Virus record (IMG/VR): IMGVR_UViG_3300027759_000043
Strand: one strand, 5' to 3'
Source of the DNA: a virus
Lineage: Duplodnaviria; Caudoviricetes
DNA length: 64,000 nt
Part shown: piece after piece, positions 1 through 9,306 of the stretch
Layout of the letters: each line of letters begins with the position of its first letter
Position numbering within the stretch: position 1 is the first letter of the stretch
The notes under the pieces: generated by a model
The model's input: only the letters and a program-made list of their open reading frames with translations
Told to the model about the DNA's origin: nothing
Databases searched by the model: none
Made by a program: the position numbers and the translations under genes

Positions 1-218
1 ACGAAAAAGACAACTTCCGTGGAGGTGCCAAGCCCAGTATCATGGATTCAATCAAGGCCAAGAGTCAAGTTAAAACTGCCGAAGAAGGTGAATCTAGCAC
101 ACCACCCTGGGAACGTGCCAAGCCTCGAGAAGACTTTGATCTAGAAGCACCCAAAGTCACTGCTGATGTGCAAAGTGCAAAATTAAAACAATTGCTGGGG
201 CAAATTAAACAATCGTAA
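1..218 (+). CDS. C-terminal end of an upstream gene (partial), probably DnaB-like replicative helicase
   Basis: Open frame from nt 3: EKDNFRGGAKPSIMDSIKAKSQ...KVTADVQSAKLKQLLGQIKQS*, stop at 216-218. The helicase call rests only on recalled similarity of this tail to related phage helicases. Confidence 0.5.
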   Translation, partial: EKDNFRGGAKPSIMDSIKAKSQVKTAEEGESSTPPWERAKPREDFDLEAPKVTADVQSAKLKQLLGQIKQS

Positions 219-292
219 TATACATTGTTAATTGTGTCAATGGTTTGTCTAAAACTAATAACCGATAAATAAATCAAAGGCCACTGATAGTA

Positions 293-541
293 ATGCAAAA
301 ACGCACCCGTAGTTTGTTAGAAGAATTAGACTCAATGTATGTTGAGCGTGAGCGCCATCTAGTGATAGAAAGCCGTGCAAGCAACGTAATAGCCAGTGCT
401 ATCAATCTGCTGGAACAAATTGACGCCACTTTTCCGCCTGAACAAGCAGAAAATCTAACTCGTAAATTGCTCAATGCTATTCGCACTAGAGATGCTGGCC
501 GTTTTGAAAGAACAGTGAGACGTACCCATGCAGATTCATGA
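293..541 (+). CDS. Hypothetical protein, 82 aa
   Basis: ORF downstream of a GATAAATA late-type motif (264-271); overlaps the next start codon. Confidence 0.75.
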   Translation: MQKRTRSLLEELDSMYVERERHLVIESRASNVIASAINLLEQIDATFPPEQAENLTRKLLNAIRTRDAGRFERTVRRTHADS

Positions 542-1415
542 ACTAACCAAACGACAACTCAACGAAGTCAACATAGCAGGCCCTGGCGGTCTGGTGAACC
601 GAGCGCAAACTGCATATCAAGCCGCAAAACAACCGGGTGCATTGGGCAGTCTAGTTAAATCTCAGCAGGCTGCACCTCCGGGTTCTAATCTATGGCAACG
701 TGCAAAAACAGCCCTGGCATCCAATCCGCTGACCAGTTCATCGGCCCTGGCTCGCAGCCAATTTTCACAGGCACAATATGCCCAACGTACTGCGGCACAA
801 GGAACACAAGTTGCAAAAAATCTTCAGAACAATTGGTTACAGTGGGAACAGTATTTGGCACAGACTTCGGGCATTCCCGCATTACCTCCTGCGCAGTATC
901 GACAAACACTAGAAGATTGGTTTAAAAAGAAGGCCGTACCTGACACATATGATGCTGAGGATTTTTTAGACCCGACTGAAAACACTTTGGCCAATGCAAT
1001 CAAACAAACATTAGATCTAATAGCCGACGCCGCAGAAAAAAGCGATGCCACGGCCATGGAGAGAGAGTTTAAAGAATTGACAACGCTAATTCAACAATCA
1101 GCACAAGGTTTAACCAGCAAAGATGAGCAAGCAAAGTTAGCGGCTAGAGCACAATACAAACAAGCACAGCGCCAGGCGCAAGCCACTGGTGCCGCACAGC
1201 CACAAACCCAACAGCCACAAACCCAACAGCCACAGCAACAGGCACCCGTGGTAACGCCTGCTACGATAACACAAACTCTACAACAGTTTGGACTCAAACC
1301 CGGAACAAACTTGCAAAATTTTATACCACAAATGGTAGGTGCTGCCACAGTAGGATCAACAGGCAATGCCAACGCTGATAATCTACTCAAAGCCTTGGGA
1401 TTACAAGTACAATGA
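528..1415 (+). CDS. Gln/Ala-rich hypothetical protein, possible internal head protein
   Basis: 295 aa ORF, N-terminus MQIHEL, QPQTQ repeats at about 1197-1240; coupled to neighbouring ORFs. Confidence 0.7.
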   Translation: MQIHELTKRQLNEVNIAGPGGLVNRAQTAYQAAKQPGALGSLVKSQQAAPPGSNLWQRAKTALASNPLTSSSALARSQFSQAQYAQRTAAQGTQVAKNLQNNWLQWEQYLAQTSGIPALPPAQYRQTLEDWFKKKAVPDTYDAEDFLDPTENTLANAIKQTLDLIADAAEKSDATAMEREFKELTTLIQQSAQGLTSKDEQAKLAARAQYKQAQRQAQATGAAQPQTQQPQTQQPQQQAPVVTPATITQTLQQFGLKPGTNLQNFIPQMVGAATVGSTGNANADNLLKALGLQVQ

Positions 1416-3337
1416 ACTTATTTGAAGGTGGCAACGTATTTAAAGATGCTGACGGCAAACCACTCACACAACGCATCAATCAGACTGATGTGCCCAGTAC
1501 AGTAACATGGCTGGAACAACTCACAGGTCTAGAGTTTCCACGTGAACGTTGGTTGGGATCAACAGGCAAAGCACCCACATCAGGTGACTTGGATCTAGCA
1601 GTTGATGCCAGTAAAATCTCCAAAGAACAACTGGCCGCCAAGTTAGAAGCCTGGGCTCGTAGTCACGGTGAGGATCCTAGGAACTGGGTCAAGAAGTCGG
1701 GCGAAGTACACCTGCGTACTCCCATCACCGGCAGACCTGAACTTGGCTACGTACAAACAGACTTTATGTTTTTCCCCGACCTGGATTGGGGTACATTCTA
1801 CTATAATCAAACATTCCCAAGTGCCTACAAAGGCATGCATCGTGCTGTGCTAATGAGTAGCATAGCCAAACAACTGGGTCTCAAGATAGGTGCTAATGGC
1901 ATGTTCAGTCGTGCCACTAACAAATTGGTTAGTCAAGATCCTGACTACGTTGCCAAAGCCATACTAGGACCCAAAGCCACTCGAGAAGATCTGGGCAATG
2001 TAGAAAGCATTTATGCATTCCTGGCACGTGACAAAGACCGTGATGCCAAACTCCGAGACTTCCGTGATCAATTGGCACGTGACGGACTCAAAGAACCCAC
2101 ACAATTGGAAGAAAGCGGCGACGTTTACTTCTTGGCACGCCTACGTGATCGCATTGTGAACCAAGGCATGTATGCCTTGGTAGAGGCAGCCGCACCTCCA
2201 GCCGCTGCCGCACCTGTGGGTGGCAAAGCCAAGGGCATTGAGCACCTGGAAGATTACATATTTAGAAATGGCACAGCCGGTGTCAAGACAGCCCTGGCCA
2301 TTGTGGACAACTTCAAGGAAGATCCCAAGACTGCAAGCGTCAAATGGGACGGCAAGCCTGCTGTGGTATTTGGTCGCAAGCCCAGCACAGGCGAATTTGT
2401 ACTGACAGATGGATCAGGATTTGAGGCTGTGGGCTATGATGGCTTGTTTACCAGTCCCCAGGCCATTGAGGCCAACATGGCACAACGTGATGCCAGTGCC
2501 GCTGCCAAGGGCAACGTGGCCAACAGAGTTGAAACACTGTTACCAGTGTATCAAGGCATTTGGCCCTATCTTGAAGCCGCAACCCCTGAAAACTTCCGTG
2601 GTTATGTCAAGGGCGACTTGTTGTATACTACCACACCTCCTGTGGTAGCAGGCAATGTAGAATTCAAACCCAACACAGTGGAATATCGTATTCCTGTAAA
2701 AAGCAAACTAGGCACAGCAATTGCCGACAGTGACGTTGGTGTGGCAGTACACACCATGTATGCGGATGCTGGTGCTGCCAAACAACCTCTCAGCAGAGTC
2801 AAATTTAACCCTGTGCCGGGCCTGTTGTTGATTGAACCCATCTATGCTCGACCTGTGGAAATAGAAAATCCCTACGTAAAGAAAATCAAGAGTCTATTAC
2901 GAACAATGGGTCCTGCAATTGACACATTGTTCAACCCTGCAGAACTACGTGCTGCCAAGATCACTGATTTGGCCAAATTATGCGTAGATTATATCAACAA
3001 ACGTATCAATCCCGAATACCCTGCCTACACCGGAGACTTCTCAGACTTAGTGCCGGGCTTCATGAACTACTTGAAATCCACACAAACTCCGCAAAAGTTT
3101 CGCAACATTACAGAATACCTGCGTAGTCCTACTTCAAACGAGGGCGCACTGGCCGGTGCCTTTGTGTTGTTTGAATTGTTACACGATCTCAAACTGGACT
3201 TGCTGGGTAAACTGGATGCACAAGTTCCTGGCAACGAGGGATGGGTGTTTGCAACGCCAGCAGGCTATGGTAAAGCAGTAAATCGTTTTGATTTTACAGC
3301 CAGAAACCGCCAAAGAAACAACCCCACAACCACCTAA
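1412..3337 (+). CDS. Two-domain protein: Pol-beta-type nucleotidyltransferase plus ligase-like (KxDG) domain
   Basis: N-terminal LGSTG-x4-SGDLDLAVD and VQTDFMF; C-terminal SVKWDGKPAVVFG and KGDLLY. Confidence 0.6.
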   Translation: MNLFEGGNVFKDADGKPLTQRINQTDVPSTVTWLEQLTGLEFPRERWLGSTGKAPTSGDLDLAVDASKISKEQLAAKLEAWARSHGEDPRNWVKKSGEVHLRTPITGRPELGYVQTDFMFFPDLDWGTFYYNQTFPSAYKGMHRAVLMSSIAKQLGLKIGANGMFSRATNKLVSQDPDYVAKAILGPKATREDLGNVESIYAFLARDKDRDAKLRDFRDQLARDGLKEPTQLEESGDVYFLARLRDRIVNQGMYALVEAAAPPAAAAPVGGKAKGIEHLEDYIFRNGTAGVKTALAIVDNFKEDPKTASVKWDGKPAVVFGRKPSTGEFVLTDGSGFEAVGYDGLFTSPQAIEANMAQRDASAAAKGNVANRVETLLPVYQGIWPYLEAATPENFRGYVKGDLLYTTTPPVVAGNVEFKPNTVEYRIPVKSKLGTAIADSDVGVAVHTMYADAGAAKQPLSRVKFNPVPGLLLIEPIYARPVEIENPYVKKIKSLLRTMGPAIDTLFNPAELRAAKITDLAKLCVDYINKRINPEYPAYTGDFSDLVPGFMNYLKSTQTPQKFRNITEYLRSPTSNEGALAGAFVLFELLHDLKLDLLGKLDAQVPGNEGWVFATPAGYGKAVNRFDFTARNRQRNNPTTT

Positions 3338-3397
3338 GATTTTGCCAATTTCATAAATAAGAGTAGGGCGAGAGCCTACTTATTAGGAGATTTTAAA

Positions 3398-3829
3398 ATG
3401 GCAGTATTTACAAAAACAAACGGTACCACCCAACCAGTATTCCACATGGACACTGGCAATGCGCAAATTGTTGGAACATCCAACATTGCGGCAACGGGTT
3501 CGGTCAACTTTCAAGGACCAAAACTAGACTTTTTCTCAGTGGTGGCCAATGGTAGTTTGACAACATCTGGTAATGTTAACGGTTACATCAACAACATTTT
3601 GCAAGCAATTCAGCAAAAAGGTACAGTTGCTATGTATCAAGTTAGCCCAGCGGCACCCACAGTGTTGAACTTGGCTATCTATCCAACTGATGCTTACACA
3701 GCAACAACGCTGTTGGCTCAGGCTAACACAAGCGCAACAGTTGCGTCTGGTGGTCAAAACTTGCAGTTGAACAGTGCAGCCGGTAACGCCGTGTTCACTT
3801 CAGCCGCAAGCAACTTCGCTCCAGTCTAA
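3398..3829 (+). CDS. Putative virion structural protein (Ala/Thr/Asn-rich)
   Basis: CATAAATA at 3352-3359, leader hairpin, AGGAG RBS, downstream terminator. Confidence 0.6.
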   Translation: MAVFTKTNGTTQPVFHMDTGNAQIVGTSNIAATGSVNFQGPKLDFFSVVANGSLTTSGNVNGYINNILQAIQQKGTVAMYQVSPAAPTVLNLAIYPTDAYTATTLLAQANTSATVASGGQNLQLNSAAGNAVFTSAASNFAPV

Positions 3830-3848
3830 TCATAGACTCTGCGATCGC

Positions 3849-3880
3849 AACCCTGGATGTAAAAAATCCAGGGTTTTTTG
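3849..3880 (+). terminator. Rho-independent terminator
   Basis: AACCCTGGAT/ATCCAGGGTT stem followed by a T-run. Confidence 0.85.
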
Positions 3881-3898
3881 TTGGCTGTAAATACAGCC

Positions 3899-4312
3899 AT
3901 GCCAACAAGAATACGTGTGACTACTCAATTTGACTGCACTACCACAGGAGTCACAGGACATTTTAGAACCAATGTGTTACCATTTGATGATCGAGAAGGC
4001 CAAAGTGTGACTGATTTAGAGACCTGGACCAGATCTAGAAACCAACAACGTAACTGGGAAACCATACTACAGATCATTGGCTTGTATACACAAGCACAAG
4101 ATATCACACCCACAGAACATACTGACGGAAAATGGCAATTTGAATTCTCCACTGACTTTGATGATGTGTTCAGTTCCCAAGGTGACCCATTGGGCTTGTT
4201 AAAAACAGCCTGCCGTGGTGTACCTATGTTTTATAATCTAGACACCCAACCCAAAACTGCTCAGTTGGACCCGGATCAGAACATTGAATTCACCATAGTG
4301 GACCATAAATAA
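3899..4312 (+). CDS. Hypothetical protein (start MPTRIRV)
   Basis: ATG 3899 lies 5 nt after GTAAATA (3887-3893), in frame with track ORF 3878..4312. Confidence 0.7.
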   Translation: MPTRIRVTTQFDCTTTGVTGHFRTNVLPFDDREGQSVTDLETWTRSRNQQRNWETILQIIGLYTQAQDITPTEHTDGKWQFEFSTDFDDVFSSQGDPLGLLKTACRGVPMFYNLDTQPKTAQLDPDQNIEFTIVDHK

Positions 4313-4327
4313 TAGATTGGAGCACAC

Positions 4328-4591
4328 ATGGTTGACACAACTGATATCGAAAAGAAAAGTCTTGAAGCCCACGTTGAACTATGTGCTCAACGCTATACCG
4401 CTTTAGAGCAACGTATTGACGATGTCAAACAAGACACCGCAGAATTAAAAACCACCATTCAAGAAGTACATAGATTGGTGCATAAAATGAGTGACAGTCG
4501 TAACACACAATTGATTGGCTGGGGAGTGGGAATCATTGGATTCTTGACAGCAGTCATAGGATACTTGGTCACTCACTACGTACTAAAATGA
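4328..4591 (+). CDS. Coiled-coil protein with a C-terminal TM helix (XhlA/holin-like architecture)
   Basis: Heptad-rich N-terminus, then hydrophobic LIGWGVGIIGFLTAVIGYLV. Confidence 0.55.
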   Translation: MVDTTDIEKKSLEAHVELCAQRYTALEQRIDDVKQDTAELKTTIQEVHRLVHKMSDSRNTQLIGWGVGIIGFLTAVIGYLVTHYVLK

Positions 4592-5079
4592 AAACCAGTC
4601 AAAAACTTGCGGCACTTGCTGAGCAAGAATTGCCTAAATTACTAGATCATGTGATTGTGGCAGACGGCGAGAAATACCGTGTGTTTGGCTCATATGTGTT
4701 GCGTCAAACCGTACAGGGCTATACACTGACCTATCAAGACCGCCCAGTAGGCACATTTACCAGCACCAGAAGCGCCGTGGCCTGGTGCATAGCCGACAAA
4801 AATCGCCAATATCGCTTGGCTAACGAAATACAACACTTGGATTTTACTCTGTTAAGACTACGCAACGATATTGAAACCCGTAGCGGGCAAGCCCAAAAAA
4901 GTTATGGAAATTTTTGGGAAACAGTCAGTGCCAAAGCCGCACACAAAAGATCACAAAGCCAGCAGATAGAAAATGAATTAACAAAATGTATAAATTCGGC
5001 TAAATACTGGCAACTTCGAGGAAGCAACAATGAAACTGCAAGAACTGGCCGTAACACGCCCTACAAAACAAATCGCTAA
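4588..5079 (+). CDS. Hypothetical protein, 163 aa
   Basis: ORF coupled by an ATGA overlap. Confidence 0.7.
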   Translation: MKTSQKLAALAEQELPKLLDHVIVADGEKYRVFGSYVLRQTVQGYTLTYQDRPVGTFTSTRSAVAWCIADKNRQYRLANEIQHLDFTLLRLRNDIETRSGQAQKSYGNFWETVSAKAAHKRSQSQQIENELTKCINSAKYWQLRGSNNETARTGRNTPYKTNR

Positions 5080-5917
5080 AGTATTCGAGAGTCACTTTGA
5101 CCAACGCTTATCTTTTGATTCAATGAATCGCAACCAAGTGCGTGGCATGCTCAATCGTGTGCGTGGCCTGGTCAACGAACACCGTGCAAGCCCTGCATTT
5201 CATTATAGCGAAAAGAATCCTGCCTATCTCAAACTCATGATGATGGAACAGGCTCTAACACAACAATTGCAAGAGTTTGGTGCTACTCCAGCCACTGGTG
5301 CTCCAGGCGCTCCTGGTGCTACTGCCGCTTTGTCTACTGTACAACAACAGCAGAAAAAGAAACAGATGCAGGACGAAATCAAACAAAAGCAAAAAGAAAT
5401 TCAAGACTTGCAAAAGGCCATGATGAACCCGACAATGGCAGCAGAAAACAACACAGGCAACTTCTTGCGTGAATCAGAAATTCAACAAGCACAAGTTGTG
5501 TTGGCCGCACAAGACATGGTCGACCGTGTGCAGAAAATGCTGGAAGACACAACAGAAATGCAATTTAAAGAATTACCTGCCTTGGTTGATTCTATTAAAA
5601 ATGAAGTTGGTATGGATCAAGCCGCACAGTTTAACGCAGATGCTGCCGCCGCACTGTCGGGACTTGTACAAAATCTACAGGCCAGCAAAGGTCAATTGGA
5701 AGCCGCACTGGGTGTGGTAACTGGTACCGGTGGTGGTGCTGTTGTACCTGGAGCCGAAATGGGCGCAGACATCGGTGCTGAAATGGGCGCAGACATGGGT
5801 GCCGAACTAGGCGCAGAGGCTGGGCTTGATGCCGCTGCCGCTGATGCAGGCGCTGAACTTGAACCAGAACCCGAAGCCACTACACCAGCCGCCAGTTTGG
5901 GCCGCGGACGTAGATAA
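5030..5917 (+). CDS. Hypothetical protein, possible head/scaffold-associated
   Basis: N-terminus MKLQEL, coiled-coil centre, acidic GAEMGAD repeats at the C-terminus. Confidence 0.65.
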   Translation: MKLQELAVTRPTKQIAKVFESHFDQRLSFDSMNRNQVRGMLNRVRGLVNEHRASPAFHYSEKNPAYLKLMMMEQALTQQLQEFGATPATGAPGAPGATAALSTVQQQQKKKQMQDEIKQKQKEIQDLQKAMMNPTMAAENNTGNFLRESEIQQAQVVLAAQDMVDRVQKMLEDTTEMQFKELPALVDSIKNEVGMDQAAQFNADAAAALSGLVQNLQASKGQLEAALGVVTGTGGGAVVPGAEMGADIGAEMGADMGAELGAEAGLDAAAADAGAELEPEPEATTPAASLGRGRR

Positions 5918-6255
5918 TGCGTATCGACGAAGTTGGCAACGGCCGGTCAGATGACACAGCCGCTCGACTTTTAGGCTTGGCTGAATTCCTGTTGGGTCGT
6001 GCAAAAGACACAGGTGGCCAAAAACAAATCGGCATGCAGACTTTTTTAAATCTGGCCAAAAATATGCAGATCGATCTTACGCCCGAAATTCTTCAAAACA
6101 TGGCCAGCCAGGCACCACTGAGTGGAGTGTTCATGCCCATTGAACCCAATTCCGGTGTGATCAAATTCAAAGGCAACGATTCTGGTCCTGTGCCCATGCC
6201 AGTAAACAAGGCGCAAGACATTGTTGCCTCTGCGGCAAAACGGGCAATGAAATAA
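5917..6255 (+). CDS. Hypothetical protein, 112 aa
   Basis: TAATG overlap; N-terminus MRIDEV. Confidence 0.7.
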   Translation: MRIDEVGNGRSDDTAARLLGLAEFLLGRAKDTGGQKQIGMQTFLNLAKNMQIDLTPEILQNMASQAPLSGVFMPIEPNSGVIKFKGNDSGPVPMPVNKAQDIVASAAKRAMK

Positions 6256-6279
6256 AACTCAAATGTAGTCAACCATTAG

Positions 6280-6308
6280 TTGACACAACCGGTTAAATAG
6301 TGTATACT
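6280..6308 (+). promoter_or_regulatory. Sigma70-type promoter
   Basis: TTGACA-N17-TATACT. Confidence 0.8.
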
Positions 6309-6326
6309 CAACTGTAGGAGGCATAT

Positions 6327-6458
6327 ATGAAACTGCGTAAATTAAGAGATAAATTATATCAAGCAATCTTCAAACATGATAGTGCTAAAGAAAAAAAGAT
6401 TTGGTTCAAGATTCTTCGAAAATCTACCAAACACAAACACACCGAGGACATACGATAA
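6327..6458 (+). CDS. Small basic protein, 43 aa (not in ORF track)
   Basis: AGGAGG RBS; MKLRKLRDKLYQAIFKHDSAKEKKIWFKILRKSTKHKHTEDIR*; stop overlaps the iscU ATG (TAATG). Confidence 0.7.
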   Translation: MKLRKLRDKLYQAIFKHDSAKEKKIWFKILRKSTKHKHTEDIR

Positions 6459-6838
6459 TGGCATATTCAGACCGAGTGATTGATCACTATGAGAATCCAC
6501 GTAACGTGGGTAAATTTGAAATTGACGACACTGTCGGTACAGGCATGGTAGGTGCACCTGCTTGCGGTGATGTTATGAAACTACAGATCAAGGTAGGCAG
6601 TGATGGCATAATCACCGATGCAAGATTCAAAACATATGGTTGTGGAAGTGCAATTGCCAGCAGTTCATTGATCACAGAGATGGTAAAAGGCATGACCCTG
6701 GACCAAGCAGGCAAGATCAAAAATAGCGACATTGCTGAAGAACTGGCTCTACCACCTGTGAAAATTCATTGTAGCATCCTGGCCGAAGACGCCATCAAAG
6801 CCGCAGTAGCAGACTATCGCAAAAAACATTTGCAGTGA
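6458..6838 (+). CDS. iscU: Fe-S cluster scaffold IscU
   Basis: MAYSDRVIDHYENPRNVG, GAPACGDVM, FKTYGCGSAIAS, LPPVKIHCSILAEDA. Confidence 0.95.
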   Translation: MAYSDRVIDHYENPRNVGKFEIDDTVGTGMVGAPACGDVMKLQIKVGSDGIITDARFKTYGCGSAIASSSLITEMVKGMTLDQAGKIKNSDIAEELALPPVKIHCSILAEDAIKAAVADYRKKHLQ

Positions 6839-7773
6839 AAAGTGTAAACTGTTGGTTCTCTGATGATCAAAAATTCCTTGCCAACTGGTTCAAACACGAT
6901 ATAACCTGCACCGAATACTGGGTTAATTTACACGAAATTAATCTTCAATGTCTTGAACAAATCACTAAATCTGCCAGTCAAATTGTGTTTTATGATTGGA
7001 CTCATGCTGATCCCAAGATGTCATCATATTGGACTAATTTGGTTGAGTACGCCAACAACAAATGCGATACTATTTGGTACACCGTAAATCAATTACCAAT
7101 AGATAATTTACCTGTTAAAAAGTTTGATTTTTATTGGAATCGTTGCAAATCTAATCATGCACATGGTCACTGGCGCTGGAGATACAAATGTACAGGTGAA
7201 GAGTTGCCGCATCATCCATTGCATTGGCAGCCGAGAACGCACAAATATCTCAGTCTAATCCGCAGACCTAACAACTATCGAGACCAATTATATAAATTTT
7301 TAGAATCTTTTAAAGGTTTTTCCAGTAACAAATCTAAAGGACATATCTTAGAATCAGATATTGGAACAGAAAAGGATGTCTTGAATGGTTTAAATGTACC
7401 ACCTGCTAAACATTATTTTGACAACAGTTATGTGAGTTGTCAGGTGGAAAGCCAACATCTCACTGGAGGATCAGTGGTATTCAGTGAAAAAACTTACGAT
7501 CATTTGATTCAGGGCCGTTTTGTTTTGAACTTTGGTCCACAACATTTTTATCGCTGTCTCGAACAACAAGGATGGAAACTCTGGCAAGGAATTGACCTTG
7601 CATGGGACTCTGTTGAGTACGATGCTGTTAGATGGCAAGGATATGTTGACACATTGAAACACATCCTTGAATTGAGTACGGCTGATTTACATGATCTTTT
7701 TTTGTTAAATAAATACAACATAGAGCACAATTGGCAAATGCTCTATGATAAACCTTATGATATCCTTAACTGA
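6835..7773 (+). CDS. Glycosyltransferase-like protein of a repeated unnamed family (AT-rich)
   Basis: C-terminal VESQ...VFSEKTYDHLIQGRFVLNFG...QGWKLW...AWDS, which resembles three paralogs in the window. Confidence 0.5.
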   Translation: MKSVNCWFSDDQKFLANWFKHDITCTEYWVNLHEINLQCLEQITKSASQIVFYDWTHADPKMSSYWTNLVEYANNKCDTIWYTVNQLPIDNLPVKKFDFYWNRCKSNHAHGHWRWRYKCTGEELPHHPLHWQPRTHKYLSLIRRPNNYRDQLYKFLESFKGFSSNKSKGHILESDIGTEKDVLNGLNVPPAKHYFDNSYVSCQVESQHLTGGSVVFSEKTYDHLIQGRFVLNFGPQHFYRCLEQQGWKLWQGIDLAWDSVEYDAVRWQGYVDTLKHILELSTADLHDLFLLNKYNIEHNWQMLYDKPYDILN

Positions 7774-8080
7774 CACAGCCAGAAACAAAATACAAAAATT
7801 AGTCACAGCCAAAGGTTACGCTGGTATTCGTCTTGGGGTAAAAACTACAGGTTGCAGTGGCCTTGCTTATGTGTTAGAATACGTTAAAGAATACACACCT
7901 GAACAGTATGTTATTAACTACGCACAAAATGATTTTGTGGTATTAGTAAATCAAAAAGACAATGTGTATCTTCAAAACATGACAGTAGACTATGTGCGTC
8001 AAGGCCTCAACGAAGGCTTTGACTTTTCAAATCCCAATGAACGTGATCGCTGTGGTTGCGGAGAAAGTTTTAGAGTTTAA
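7757..8080 (+). CDS. iscA: Fe-S carrier IscA/HesB
   Basis: MISLTDTA, IRLGVKTTGCSGLAY, C-terminal RCGCGESF. Confidence 0.95.
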   Translation: MISLTDTARNKIQKLVTAKGYAGIRLGVKTTGCSGLAYVLEYVKEYTPEQYVINYAQNDFVVLVNQKDNVYLQNMTVDYVRQGLNEGFDFSNPNERDRCGCGESFRV

Positions 8081-8081
8081 T

Positions 8082-8798
8082 TTGTACAATCCAAAATTTG
8101 ATTATCAACCAATTCCTCGCGTGACAATAGAGGGTAAGCGTTACTATGCCACCCCAGATGGCAACAACTTACCCAGTGTGACCACAATCCTGGACCGAAC
8201 AAAACCCCCAGAAAAAGTTGAAGCACTTGCTCAATGGCGACGTCGTGTGGGCGCAGAAAAAGCACAACAAATCACAACCGAAGCCGCCAATCGTGGCACA
8301 CGTATGCATACCTATCTTGAACAGTATGTCAAGGAGGGAGCGATCAAAGAGCGCGGATCAAATCCTTTCTCCTGGCCCAGCCATGTGATGGCAGAAACTG
8401 TGATCAGAGATGGACTTAAAAATGTTACAGAATTTTGGGGTATTGAAGTTCCCTTATACTTTCCCTCCATTTACGCAGGCACAACAGATGGTGCAGGTAT
8501 ACACTTAAATGAAGAAAGCATATTAGATTACAAGCAAACCAACAAGCCCAAAAAGCGTGAATGGATTGACGATTATTTTGTACAACTGTGCGCCTACGCA
8601 GAAGCACACAATGAATTACACGGCACAAAAATACGCAAAGGTGTTATTTTGATGTGTGTCAAACCCGATCTAGATGAGCAACACAATATCATTGGAAAAC
8701 CCGAATACCAGGAATTTGTGTTAGAAGGTGCAGAATTTGATCGTTACCGAGATCTATGGTGGCGAAAGGTCGAGCAGTACTACATGCTAAATACATGA
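8082..8798 (+). CDS. PD-(D/E)XK exonuclease (phage type)
   Basis: PSVTTIL, RGTRMH, YAGTTDG, ILDYKQT, YFVQLCAYAEA; TTG start inferred. Confidence 0.8.
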   Translation: MYNPKFDYQPIPRVTIEGKRYYATPDGNNLPSVTTILDRTKPPEKVEALAQWRRRVGAEKAQQITTEAANRGTRMHTYLEQYVKEGAIKERGSNPFSWPSHVMAETVIRDGLKNVTEFWGIEVPLYFPSIYAGTTDGAGIHLNEESILDYKQTNKPKKREWIDDYFVQLCAYAEAHNELHGTKIRKGVILMCVKPDLDEQHNIIGKPEYQEFVLEGAEFDRYRDLWWRKVEQYYMLNT

Positions 8799-8817
8799 TA
8801 GCAAGAGGACAACCACT

Positions 8818-9306
8818 GTGGCAATTGTACAAGTATCCCGAATAACAAACCGTAAAGGCCTAGAAGAAAATCTACCGCAATTGGCCGGAGCCGAACTAGG
8901 TTGGGCAACAGATGCCCGCAAATTATACATTGGTAATGGCACACTCGAGGACGGCGCTCCTGTGATTGGTAATACTGAAATTCTTACTGAATTCAGCGCA
9001 GTGCCTTTTCCAACTGCTGTGACTCTAGCAGATAATACAGCATCGGCCACCACAGCATTCAGTCTTGCGGCCAACACCGCAGTGATCGCTTATACCATCA
9101 TTAGAAACACTGCACTCAGCGCAGGAACTATTTTGGTGGCCGCTTCAGGTGCTGGGGTAGCATTTAATGCCACTGCACAAACAGTTGGTACTACCGGCAT
9201 AGTCTTGAGTGCAATCTATGCTGATGATCTAATTCAAATACAGTATACCAGTACCTCCACTGGGTCAAGTGCCCAACTAACATACGCAGTTACAATCTCA
9301 TCCTAA
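8818..9306 (+). CDS. Virion structural protein with a tail-fibre-anchor-like N-terminus
   Basis: MAIVQVSRIT.RKG...LPQLAGAELGW..D..KLYIGNG; CTAAATA at 8787-8793. Confidence 0.65.
   Translation: MAIVQVSRITNRKGLEENLPQLAGAELGWATDARKLYIGNGTLEDGAPVIGNTEILTEFSAVPFPTAVTLADNTASATTAFSLAANTAVIAYTIIRNTALSAGTILVAASGAGVAFNATAQTVGTTGIVLSAIYADDLIQIQYTSTSTGSSAQLTYAVTISS

Noticed and set aside
5754-5830. GAEMGAD and QPQTQ (1197-1240) tandem repeats as regulatory or mobile repeats
   Set aside because: They are in-frame low-complexity coding repeats with synonymous variation.
8082-8798. Cas4/CRISPR link for the PD-(D/E)XK nuclease
   Set aside because: It lacks the four-Cys Fe-S pattern of Cas4, and no cas genes or arrays are nearby; it fits an ordinary phage exonuclease.
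8818-9306. Diversity-generating retroelement target
   Set aside because: The N-terminus resembles tropism-determinant anchors, but the window has no reverse transcriptase and no TR/VR repeat pair.
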